From contig CBDBDZ010000013.1 in the NCBI GenBank assembly GCA_965204215.1, positions 636,394-700,393 on the forward strand: DNA of 64,000 bases. Reading direction: 5' to 3'. The translations under genes were made by a program, and so were the position numbers. Numbering within the stretch: the stretch's first letter is position 1; the number at the start of each line of letters is the position of its first letter. The notes beneath the pieces were generated by a model. That model worked only from the letters and a program-made list of their open reading frames with translations. It made no database searches and was not told where the DNA came from. Of this stretch, positions 48,736 to 59,315 are shown in pieces. Source of the DNA: Pseudomonadales bacterium (GTDB taxonomy: Bacteria; Pseudomonadota; Gammaproteobacteria; Pseudomonadales; GM7GCV1).

Positions 48736-50280
48736 TTATGCAAAACTCTCAATAATAATATTTTCGTTTTGTTTATGGGTAACAGTCAGGCTTTTTCCAA
48801 GTAACTCATCAGCGTTTGATAATGCTGTCATGGTAGTGTCATCGTCTGGAGCAACTTTTGCCATAACACGACCCTCGTTATTGTCAGCTACTATATAAAG
48901 GTGATCGACCTTATTTCGAGCATGACGAATACCATAGGCTGTCACAGTAGCGGTGCAATCCTGCTTTAACAATTTTGGAGAGGGTTGAGCTTCAATTTGT
49001 TGTGCCAGAGAATCAACCTCAAAGGGTTGCCATGATGTTGGTGCTTGACAGGAATAAACGCCAGCGGCCTCCTTGCTCATAAAACCACCATTGGCTACTA
49101 CTAAACCATAATCATTCGGTTTGCTTCTAAGTTGTTCAACCATGCTGGCAATGGCATGAGTGGAATAGTTATTGCCTGCCCCTCCGAAAAACGGCAATCC
49201 TCCAGTTACGGTTAAATTGGTTTCGGTTGGGTTCAATCCCAGTATTTCTGCAGCGAGCATCACGACAATAGGAAAGCAACTATAAATATCAAGCGTTGTT
49301 AACTGCTTTACCGAAATGCCTGAATGTTTTAGTGCGGAGTTTATTGCCAATTCCAATGCAAGAGATTTGGAAATATCTGGGCGTTCAGAAACCATCTTGT
49401 CTTTGAGTTCTGAATGACCGTGTAAATATACCCATTTGTGTTCTGGAATGCCAAGCTCGCGAGCGGTATTGGTTGTGGTCATCAATAGGGCAGCACCTTG
49501 ATTGACTGCATCTTGAGCGACATGCCATTTAAGGTATGGATCACACACAGGGTAATTTTCTGCGCTTGGTGTTGCTAAAAACTCTGCGCTTCTGGCTTGC
49601 GGAAACTGTGCATAAGGATTGGTCGCAGCAGTACTGGAAAAACGCGCAAAAATAGTTGATATTAATTGACAATATTCATTCTGGGACATACCTAACCTGC
49701 CTCGTAGAGCCTGTTCCATTAAAGCGTAAGTTTGCGGCGGCATTCCCATACCATTAATAATTTCATATTCGCTGATAAAATCAGTTTGTGCACCTCGGTC
49801 TGTGTAATACGCTTCTGTTACAGGGGTCGACGCTTTATCTTCCCAGTTTAACTGGTGTTGGTTTTTTAAGGCAAGTTTCAAGGCCTGGGTAGCTTCTGAC
49901 CCTGCAATTAGACCCATCTTGTATTGCCCGGAATGCAGCGCAGCTGACAGTTCATTCACCAGTGACTGCGGTTGCTCGCCTCCAGCAGTGGAATAGATAG
50001 CAGAATATTTCGAAATCCCTAATTGCTCAGCCAGTAACTGTGGGTAATTTTCAACACGCCCAAAAGGGTAAAAGGCCATGGGTAAAGAGTCAGCAAAAAG
50101 TCTGACTACTCCCACCCAATCTATATGTTGAACAAGGGTGGTAGAGGATGCATCAACAAGAGCATTATTTGCAGCTTGGCACAACAATGCTTGAGGGCTA
50201 GGTGCAGCAATCGGGTCTTTACCATCCCATTTGTCAACACATTGACCTGTTCCAATAATAATCGGCAAATTGTTTATCAC
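48736..50280 (-). CDS. Thiolase-superfamily protein (acetyl-CoA acetyltransferase / lipid-transfer-protein-like) with a C-terminal extension
   Basis: 514 aa with thiolase-like C-terminal signatures (DIYSCFP, TGGLPFFGGAGNNYSTHAI). The last 6 codons lie in a 30-bp motif that recurs at 63699-63728. Confidence 0.65.
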   Translation of the reverse strand: MINNLPIIIGTGQCVDKWDGKDPIAAPSPQALLCQAANNALVDASSTTLVQHIDWVGVVRLFADSLPMAFYPFGRVENYPQLLAEQLGISKYSAIYSTAGGEQPQSLVNELSAALHSGQYKMGLIAGSEATQALKLALKNQHQLNWEDKASTPVTEAYYTDRGAQTDFISEYEIINGMGMPPQTYALMEQALRGRLGMSQNEYCQLISTIFARFSSTAATNPYAQFPQARSAEFLATPSAENYPVCDPYLKWHVAQDAVNQGAALLMTTTNTARELGIPEHKWVYLHGHSELKDKMVSERPDISKSLALELAINSALKHSGISVKQLTTLDIYSCFPIVVMLAAEILGLNPTETNLTVTGGLPFFGGAGNNYSTHAIASMVEQLRSKPNDYGLVVANGGFMSKEAAGVYSCQAPTSWQPFEVDSLAQQIEAQPSPKLLKQDCTATVTAYGIRHARNKVDHLYIVADNNEGRVMAKVAPDDDTTMTALSNADELLGKSLTVTHKQNENIIIESFA

Positions 50281-50364
50281 TTTGGTTTTCGCTGTAAAAA
50301 GTTCAGTATAACAACCCTAAGGTTGTTTTAAAACTTGAAGAGGCTTCTTTAAATTTATTTTGCT

Positions 50365-50391
50365 TTGTCTCATAGGTATTGAACTTGTGCA
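50365..50391 (+). repeat. Solo copy of the IS481-type terminal repeat
   Basis: TTGTCTCATAGGTATTGAACTTGTGCA compared with the IS end TTGTCTCACATGTACTGAACCTAGACA (reverse complement of 1768-1794). Confidence 0.55.
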
Positions 50392-50441
50392 TTGGATTGT
50401 AATCGTATTTTTTTCATAGTAACATCGGTTTTTTCTATTAA

Positions 50442-51005
50442 GACAATTACAAGTTATGGCAGCTACAGAATAATCAATATCCGCCAGCATATCCTCATGA
50501 TGAAATAAAGAGTATATACCCGGATGTTTATCTGCTACACGGAAGTATAAAGATGGGACCAGGAATGCGAATGAATCGAAACATGATTATTCTGAAAAAC
50601 GACAATGAATTGACTTTAATAAATCCAGTTCGAATGAACGATACAGGTCTTTCAGGTTTGGAAAAACCTGGCAATGTTAAATATATATTAAGGTTAGGAG
50701 ATTTTCATGGACTCGATGACGCTTTTTATCTCAATCGTTATAAATGTGAATTTTGGGCGCAAGAGGGTCAAGATACATATAAAACACCAAAACCTGCTAA
50801 ACAAATATCTGCAATTACAAAAAGCTCATACCCTGATTCAGAATTTTTTATTTTCGAGTCCGCAAAATATCCAGAAGCCGCTTTGCTGCTTAAGAAACAT
50901 AAATTATTGATTACTACTGACAGTGTGCAGTATCACGCTGACTGGAGTTATTTTACTTGGTTTACCAAATTTGTATTTAAGCTTTTAACCCAAATTATGC
51001 ATTAG
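50442..51005 (+). pseudogene. Degraded conserved-hypothetical gene, damaged at the N-terminus and with its 3' end replaced by a MITE fragment
   Basis: The frame is open from 50442 and reads like coding sequence (QYPPAYPHDEIKSIYPDVYLLHGSIK) before the first Met at 50553. The only upstream ATG (50456) is in another frame and stops after 5 codons. The final codons (LTQIMH stop) are encoded by the MITE copy at 50987. Confidence 0.5.
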
Positions 51006-51121
51006 CAATCTATTACACACAATAATGACTTCAAAAACAGGCGCTTGCTCGAAAAATAATACTCACCATAGGGTGGCTATGCCTGCGTTTATTGTTCTTG
51101 CGCGAGCACCTGTTTTCATTG
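50987..51121 (+). repeat. Truncated (135-bp) copy of the 48477-48660 MITE
   Basis: By my alignment, 134 of 135 positions match 48480-48614. The right-hand TIR is missing. Confidence 0.8.
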
Positions 51122-51184
51122 TGCTGGTATAGTTTAGATACGCCGTATTTAGAACTTGCAGGGGTTTTTTGATTTTTATTCTTT

Positions 51185-51246
51185 TTGTTTCACATGTACT
51201 GAACCTGCACATTTATGCTTTGTCTCATATGTACTGAAGCTGCACA
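51185..51246 (+). repeat. Two tandem solo copies of the IS481-type terminal repeat upstream of katG
   Basis: TTGTTTCACATGTACTGAACCTGCACA (51185-211) and TTGTCTCATATGTACTGAAGCTGCACA (51219-46). Both have the same orientation as the copy at 50365. Confidence 0.6.
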
Positions 51247-51251
51247 AAGGG

Positions 51252-51280
51252 TTGAAATTTCTACACAATCCCTATACACT
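51252..51280 (+). promoter_or_regulatory. Candidate sigma70 promoter for katG
   Basis: TTGAAA-N17-TACACT, about 40 nt upstream of the katG ATG and immediately after the solo IS ends. Confidence 0.35.
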
Positions 51281-51306
51281 TTAATACACTTTTTACCTTT
51301 AATTAA

Positions 51307-53442
<2,136 letters not shown>

Positions 53443-53454
53443 TAACAAGAGAAA

Positions 53455-53488
53455 GGGTCTGCTTACGGTAAAAGTAGACCCCATTTTT
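53455..53488 (+). terminator. Rho-independent terminator after katG
   Basis: GGGTCTGC, an 11-nt loop and GTAGACCC (8 bp with one G-U pair), then CATTTTT. Confidence 0.6.
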
Positions 53489-53518
53489 CGAGCATATATC
53501 TAAGGTCTATTCTGCTAA

Positions 53519-53815
53519 ATGTATGCAGTCATTTTTAAAGCTAAAATAAATAAAATTGATGAAGAATATTCAATTTTGGCTAACCGAATGCGGGAATTAG
53601 CGATAAAGGAGTATGGTTGCATTGAATTCACATCTTGCATGGAAGGGAATAATGAAATAGCCGTTTCCTATTGGCCAAGTAAAGCGGCTATTCGAGCATG
53701 GAAGAACAATTCAGAGCACCAACAAGCCCAGGCATTTGGCAAATCTAAATGGTATAAGTCATACCAGGTGTGGGTTGTAGAAGTTATCAATCAATATAAA
53801 TATAGTGGCGCATGA
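53519..53815 (+). CDS. Antibiotic-biosynthesis-monooxygenase (ABM, ferredoxin-like fold) protein
   Basis: 98 aa: MYAVIFKAKI...GCIEFTS...AVSYWPSKAAIRAWKNNSEHQQAQ. Confidence 0.65.
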   Translation: MYAVIFKAKINKIDEEYSILANRMRELAIKEYGCIEFTSCMEGNNEIAVSYWPSKAAIRAWKNNSEHQQAQAFGKSKWYKSYQVWVVEVINQYKYSGA

Positions 53816-53896
53816 CTATTCACCAAATCAAGAACTAAAAAGGGATAAATAAAGAGCTGTTTTGCCTTCGTTACAATTTCTAATACACAATCTGGG

Positions 53897-56215
53897 CTAA
53901 AAGTCACTCGGTAGCGCTTCTATCCGAATTCGTTCCAGTTGATGTGCAAGTGAGCGAAATCTGGCACTATTGTTTTTGCGTTTTGCAATGATATCTGCGT
54001 CATCATTGATGGTAACATTAAGTTTTAAATTGTTCATTAGCTTAAATCCATTTTGAAACAGTAATTTACCTAACGATGCAGGGCTGCTGATTCGGCGTTG
54101 CAAAAAGGCTTGCCTACCGTATTTGAATGCCTGAGCGACACAGCTTTTTTCATCCAGTAATGTGTTGGCTTCTAAATTGGTAAAAACATCGGCAACAACC
54201 CTATAAGCTTCCACAAAAGATAACAAGGTGCTATGGGCTACCAGTGGTGTTAGCGTTTTCAAAAAATTATTGTCTTTTTCGTTCAATAATGTTTGTTGCC
54301 AATGCTTGTCATAGCGTTCCAGTTCAATGTTTAACTCTTGGCGGAATGCATCTGTGGGTGTATAAAAGAATTCAAATTTGAATAAATCGCGCAGTTTTTC
54401 TGCTGTATCCCAAAATGTCTGGATGTTTGCATGACTGTTTGCAATAGTTTGTAGCACTGCCAATTCAATAATGGCTTTGTTGACAAAGTGGTGAATGATA
54501 GTATTGCGATAATAGTTTGCAACGGTTTGTTGATCAACTGTTACGCGGTAGACGTTATCACTGGTATCATAGTGGTTAATGACACCATTTTTTGCTAAGG
54601 TAAGTAACCCTGCCGGGATATTTTCAATGTTCTTCTTTGACAAATCAGGACTGATTTTTATTCGCCTGCGCCTCGCCCACAATACAATGGTGGATAATTC
54701 ATGTAGTAGTTCGCTCTGCGTTAAGGCGCGAGGCGAAGCGCCTGAAAGTATCATTAAGACCAGAGATGGAAATGTTATCGGGGATACTCTATTAGCTTCC
54801 ACCCCTACTTGAAAGGCAACTTTAGCGATACTTAAATCATCTAACTGATTTTCATTGAGGATGACAGGTTCGCCGAAATCGACATAAACTCGGCCCATGG
54901 GCTGACGTAAACTTCGCAAGTAGCTGATAAACCAACTTAAGGATTCAGGTCTCTTAACACCTCCTGATTGTTCGGCTGCATAATCTTTTACATCACCAAT
55001 TAAGTCGTAGTTCATTGCTACTGGAATGATATGGATGTCTTTGGTGTTGAAAACTTTGGCTGCATCAGCTACATATTTTAGTACACCGTAGCGTGGTGGC
55101 ATTAACTTACCTACTCTTGAACGTGTGCCTTCAAATGCCCATGTCAAAGGAAACCGTTTTTCCAGAAGGTAGCCCAGATAATGTCTAAATATTATTTTAT
55201 ATAAATTATCGTCTTTAAAAGAGCGCCTAATAAAAATTGCCCCCGCTCTTCTTGCCAAAAAGCCCAAGCCTGCAAATGCCATATTTACACCGCCTAATAC
55301 ATGGGGCGCAGGAAAATCATTTTCGTATAAAATTGAAGCTATCGCAAAACCATCAACATGAGATTTGTGAGTCCATAAAAAAGCAGTGGGATGATCGCGA
55401 GCAATCTGCTTAAATCGTTGAAGACGCTTGGGGTCCATGATAATTTCATTGTTATATCCCAATGACAAAACGTAACGATTAAGTACAGCTATGACATCGA
55501 TCCAAAAGCAGCGAGGGGTCGCGATGAGTTCTTTAAAAATAGTCTGAGATTGTTTCTGTACCTGAATGCTAGTCACTTTTGAGTTATCGACCAACTGATG
55601 TATGTTTTCTTTATACACTTTGCTTGCCTGTAAATTTTTGGCAACTTGTCGTGGTACTTTGTAACGGCTTCCTTTCAGCCGCCTTTCAGCTACATCCAGT
55701 GCTAACCCCGCTTGTCCAGCAACAAATTCAGGAAGACTTTCAATGCCCAGTCCATTGGCAAGACGATATTCTAATTTGTCGCGCAATACTTTTAATGATG
55801 CCGCCTCAGCTGCAATACAAATTGCGCGTTGAGGGTTATTTTTAATGATTTTTTCGGCTTTTGAGCGTTTAGGCCTGCTGACATTGCCGCTAACCAGGTC
55901 AATAATTCTCGGCGTACTGTCTTTATCATCCAGGGTTGTTTTCCAGACGACTCTAAGGGGTATTAATAAGGTATCGCCAGTGGTGGTTAATGATACTTCC
56001 AACGCCTGAGTAGGTATTTTTTCAGGGTTTTCTAAAATGGGTACAACTACATGGCTGACATGCAGTGGAGGTGATTGTTTTGACGATTCTGGTTTGCTGC
56101 GAGTGAGCCAGTCTAATAATAGTTCTCGTTCTACCTTATTGGATGCATCTAATATAAATAAAATAGGTTTTCCGCTGGTATTGTGCCAAGGATTATTCTG
56201 CATTACACCAATCAC
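53897..56215 (-). CDS. plsB: Glycerol-3-phosphate acyltransferase, PlsB type
   Basis: 772 aa with the HX4D box WTHKSHVDGF, FEGTRSRVGKL and a long helical C-terminal domain. Confidence 0.8.
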   Translation of the reverse strand: MIGVMQNNPWHNTSGKPILFILDASNKVERELLLDWLTRSKPESSKQSPPLHVSHVVVPILENPEKIPTQALEVSLTTTGDTLLIPLRVVWKTTLDDKDSTPRIIDLVSGNVSRPKRSKAEKIIKNNPQRAICIAAEAASLKVLRDKLEYRLANGLGIESLPEFVAGQAGLALDVAERRLKGSRYKVPRQVAKNLQASKVYKENIHQLVDNSKVTSIQVQKQSQTIFKELIATPRCFWIDVIAVLNRYVLSLGYNNEIIMDPKRLQRFKQIARDHPTAFLWTHKSHVDGFAIASILYENDFPAPHVLGGVNMAFAGLGFLARRAGAIFIRRSFKDDNLYKIIFRHYLGYLLEKRFPLTWAFEGTRSRVGKLMPPRYGVLKYVADAAKVFNTKDIHIIPVAMNYDLIGDVKDYAAEQSGGVKRPESLSWFISYLRSLRQPMGRVYVDFGEPVILNENQLDDLSIAKVAFQVGVEANRVSPITFPSLVLMILSGASPRALTQSELLHELSTIVLWARRRRIKISPDLSKKNIENIPAGLLTLAKNGVINHYDTSDNVYRVTVDQQTVANYYRNTIIHHFVNKAIIELAVLQTIANSHANIQTFWDTAEKLRDLFKFEFFYTPTDAFRQELNIELERYDKHWQQTLLNEKDNNFLKTLTPLVAHSTLLSFVEAYRVVADVFTNLEANTLLDEKSCVAQAFKYGRQAFLQRRISSPASLGKLLFQNGFKLMNNLKLNVTINDDADIIAKRKNNSARFRSLAHQLERIRIEALPSDF

Positions 56216-56241
56216 AATTAATATTTTTTAGGAATTAGGTG

Positions 56242-57732
56242 CTATTTTACTTTAGGTGATGCCAGAACAGGGTCTATTGGTTCTGTATGTTCAGGATTTT
56301 GCAAATCCATTAACCCTAAAGTTTTTAAAAATTTGTCGCGAATTTTCTCAATATTTTTGTCTAATGTTTTTTCAGTCCAGCGAGTAGTGCTAACAGGCGC
56401 AAGTACATCAACTTTTACAATTGCTGCTTTAAACACAAATTCTCCTTTAGGTAATACATCTAATGAATTGTGAATAACAATAGGGATAATCGGTACTTTA
56501 GCTTGCATGGCTAAATGAAACGCACCTTTTTTGAAACGCATTAAATTTGGTGATACTGTCCTTGTACCCTCTGGAGCAATGCATACAGATTTTTGTTGAT
56601 GAATCATAACATCCACTAATGGTTGCATGGCTTCAATAGCTGATTGACTGTTTTTTCTATCAATAAATACTGTACCGCCAAACTCCATGACAGCGCCAAG
56701 CAGCGGGTTTTTTTTGATTTCCTGTTTTCCAATGCCAGCGATATCCCGGCGCAATAAATTTGCCAAAACCATTACATCAGCTTTACTTTGGTGGTTAAAT
56801 ATAAAGACTGCTGGTCGGTGCGACCACAAGTATTGCGAACCTTCTACTTCTAAGTCCATTCCGACAATTGCAGCGGCCGTATCTGCAAATAGTGAAATGG
56901 CAAAATTAACGGCTTTGTCTTTTGAACCAGTTAATGCATAAATAGGTAAGCTTGCAAGAAATGATGTTATCAGAGAGCCTTGAGCCGCTACAGCTCGTAC
57001 ATAGTCAATGAAATTATTGCCACCGCGGCTGTCAAAATGCCTGCAAGGCCAATGATTATCCCTTGCAATTTGTTGCAGTTTTTTATTGGGGTTTAAAGGC
57101 CTGGGATTGCCGACAAATTTTAGTAACTGGATGTCTTCATGGCTATCAGAATAAAAATAACTTTGTTCAATATCAATATCAAATTGTTCAACAAGACTTT
57201 TGGCTGCCGTAACCTTGCCCTGACCATAGCAAGTTGGTCTGACAAGGTTCCCCGTAAAATGACCATCTCTCACTTCATATTGGGTACATAGTACATGTTT
57301 AATGTGCAAATCTCGCGCTGCCGCCTTGAGTTGGTAGGGCGTAGCCGCTGAAATTAATGCAACAGTATGTCCTTGCTTCAAATGAGCTTCTATTAATGCT
57401 CGTGATTCAGGGTAAACCAGTTTGGCAATATGTTTTTGATAGACAGATTCGCCAAATGCGATATATTCTTCTTCATTCATTCCTTTCATAAACTGTGATG
57501 TAGCACTCATCATTGCTGAAAAACCGATACTCCCTAAACCAAAAGATGTCATTGCAGCAGATAATTCAATTAATTCTGTTGGTTTAATATCACCGCGCAA
57601 TAGCTGCTCTTTGATAAAAGCAAAAGCGGAATAACCGTGAATAACTGTTCCATCAAAATCAAAGAACGCACCAATTTTCTCACCTCGTGGCGATTCATAA
57701 ACTTCGTGGGTAATATTGCTATGAAGTGTCAT
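56242..57732 (-). CDS. Fusion of a HAD-IB phosphatase domain with a PlsC-type 1-acyl-sn-glycerol-3-phosphate acyltransferase domain
   Basis: N-terminal HAD motifs (FFDFDGTVIH, LISAAT, GQGK, YSDSHEDIQLL). C-terminal LPLAT motifs (FNHQSKADV, VFIDR, APEGTR, VPIIPIV). Confidence 0.85.
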   Translation of the reverse strand: MTLHSNITHEVYESPRGEKIGAFFDFDGTVIHGYSAFAFIKEQLLRGDIKPTELIELSAAMTSFGLGSIGFSAMMSATSQFMKGMNEEEYIAFGESVYQKHIAKLVYPESRALIEAHLKQGHTVALISAATPYQLKAAARDLHIKHVLCTQYEVRDGHFTGNLVRPTCYGQGKVTAAKSLVEQFDIDIEQSYFYSDSHEDIQLLKFVGNPRPLNPNKKLQQIARDNHWPCRHFDSRGGNNFIDYVRAVAAQGSLITSFLASLPIYALTGSKDKAVNFAISLFADTAAAIVGMDLEVEGSQYLWSHRPAVFIFNHQSKADVMVLANLLRRDIAGIGKQEIKKNPLLGAVMEFGGTVFIDRKNSQSAIEAMQPLVDVMIHQQKSVCIAPEGTRTVSPNLMRFKKGAFHLAMQAKVPIIPIVIHNSLDVLPKGEFVFKAAIVKVDVLAPVSTTRWTEKTLDKNIEKIRDKFLKTLGLMDLQNPEHTEPIDPVLASPKVK

Positions 57733-57788
57733 ATTACATAAAATAGTGAATAACGATGTAGTATACTTGTTTTGGTCTTATTTTTATA

Positions 57789-59303
57789 ATGCTCTTTGAT
57801 AACACTACTAATTATTGCCTTTTATTTATGCTTTCACTTATGTCGCCGCAACAATTTTCCTTTGAAGAACAATTAAATAGTGCTGAAAGCTATGACCAAT
57901 GGCTAAGTATTTGTGAAAACATGGATAGACAAAATGGAATGGAAGAATGGCGTCATACAGAAATAAGCAATAGTTATGACTACGCTTCCATACGTAAGCG
58001 TCTGGATAAATTACGTTTAATGCGAGCAAATAATGACTATCAGCACCTGTTATTTACTTTAAATGAAGGCATTCATAGTAATCTTGGAGGTATTGGCAAA
58101 CCTTCTTTGTACAATAAAGCCAAAGCGGGGACAAAAGTTTTAGTAGAAGATTACATAGCAGAAATTTGCACAGCACTTAAATTGCTAAATAATGCTGACG
58201 AGTCGCTGATAAGCTATGCTGAAAAACAAGACTTTTTTTCCAGAGCCAGTGCTTGCAATGGGCGCTCTGCGTTAATGTTAAGTGGCGGCGGTATTATGGG
58301 TATCTTTCATGCTGGCGTTTTACGCGCTCTACATGAACAAGATTTGCTGCCCTCAGTCATTTCTGGTTCAAGTATGGGGTCTCTTATGGCAGCTATGGTA
58401 TGTACTCATCCCGACGACAAGATTCAAGGAATTTTAAGTATTGATGCATTTTGTATTGATTACATCAAATTAAGCCCTAAACAGGAAAACAAGAAGACGC
58501 TGCTTAGTCTTTTTATGAATACGTCCAATGTGACGGGTGAAGACTTGGACAAAATTCTAACTCACGTCATTCCCGATTTAACCTTTCAGGAAGCGCTTGA
58601 ATGCTATGGCAAACAGTTAAATATTACAATAAGTGGAGAGAAACGCTCGCAAGCGCCCAGGTTACTTAACGCTATATCATCACCCAATGTTACTATTCGT
58701 TCTGCTATCAAAGCTTCTTGCGCTGTTTCTGGTTTTTTCCCGTCAGTCATGCTGGAAGCGAAAAACGCTGAAGGTGAAAAAGTACCTTATTTATCTGAAC
58801 AACGCTGGATTGATGGTTCTTTTTTACATGATTTTCCCACGAAACGACTGGCGCGAATATATGGTATCAATCATTTTATTGGCAGCATGACAAACCCCTT
58901 GGTGCTATCGTTGTCGACAGACCCTGATGCATCCGATAGTTTGGCTAAAACCGTATTAGAGACCGCTGGGAGTATTACTAAATTTGCTACCAGCCAGTTT
59001 TTGGATTTAAGCCATAAAATATTTAGAACTCGTTCCAAAGAACTATCGCGTTTTCGTTATTTAGCACAAAGCCTTGTGAAACAAAGTTATTCTGCAGACA
59101 TAAATATTCGACCTTCAAATGGTTTGCACAACCCCTTAAATTTGCTTAGCCCTCCAAGCCGAGATGAAATAGCTCAATTCATTAAAGATGGTGAATTATC
59201 AACCTGGAAACGTATAGAAATGATTCGTAACTGTACGAAAATTAGTCGTACCATTGACTCAATTATCAGTGAGCATGGCTGGGCAGTAGAAGTTACCAAT
59301 TAA
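57789..59303 (+). CDS. DUF3336 plus patatin-domain lipase (yeast TGL3/4/5-like architecture); start uncertain
   Basis: The N-terminal region YDYASIRKRLDKLRLMR...LFTLNEGIHSNLGGIG..LY is followed by the oxyanion motif SGGGIMGIFHAG and the nucleophile motif GSSMGS. Alternative Met codons lie at 57828 and 57840. Confidence 0.8.
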   Translation: MLFDNTTNYCLLFMLSLMSPQQFSFEEQLNSAESYDQWLSICENMDRQNGMEEWRHTEISNSYDYASIRKRLDKLRLMRANNDYQHLLFTLNEGIHSNLGGIGKPSLYNKAKAGTKVLVEDYIAEICTALKLLNNADESLISYAEKQDFFSRASACNGRSALMLSGGGIMGIFHAGVLRALHEQDLLPSVISGSSMGSLMAAMVCTHPDDKIQGILSIDAFCIDYIKLSPKQENKKTLLSLFMNTSNVTGEDLDKILTHVIPDLTFQEALECYGKQLNITISGEKRSQAPRLLNAISSPNVTIRSAIKASCAVSGFFPSVMLEAKNAEGEKVPYLSEQRWIDGSFLHDFPTKRLARIYGINHFIGSMTNPLVLSLSTDPDASDSLAKTVLETAGSITKFATSQFLDLSHKIFRTRSKELSRFRYLAQSLVKQSYSADINIRPSNGLHNPLNLLSPPSRDEIAQFIKDGELSTWKRIEMIRNCTKISRTIDSIISEHGWAVEVTN

Positions 59304-59315
59304 TACCAAATAACA

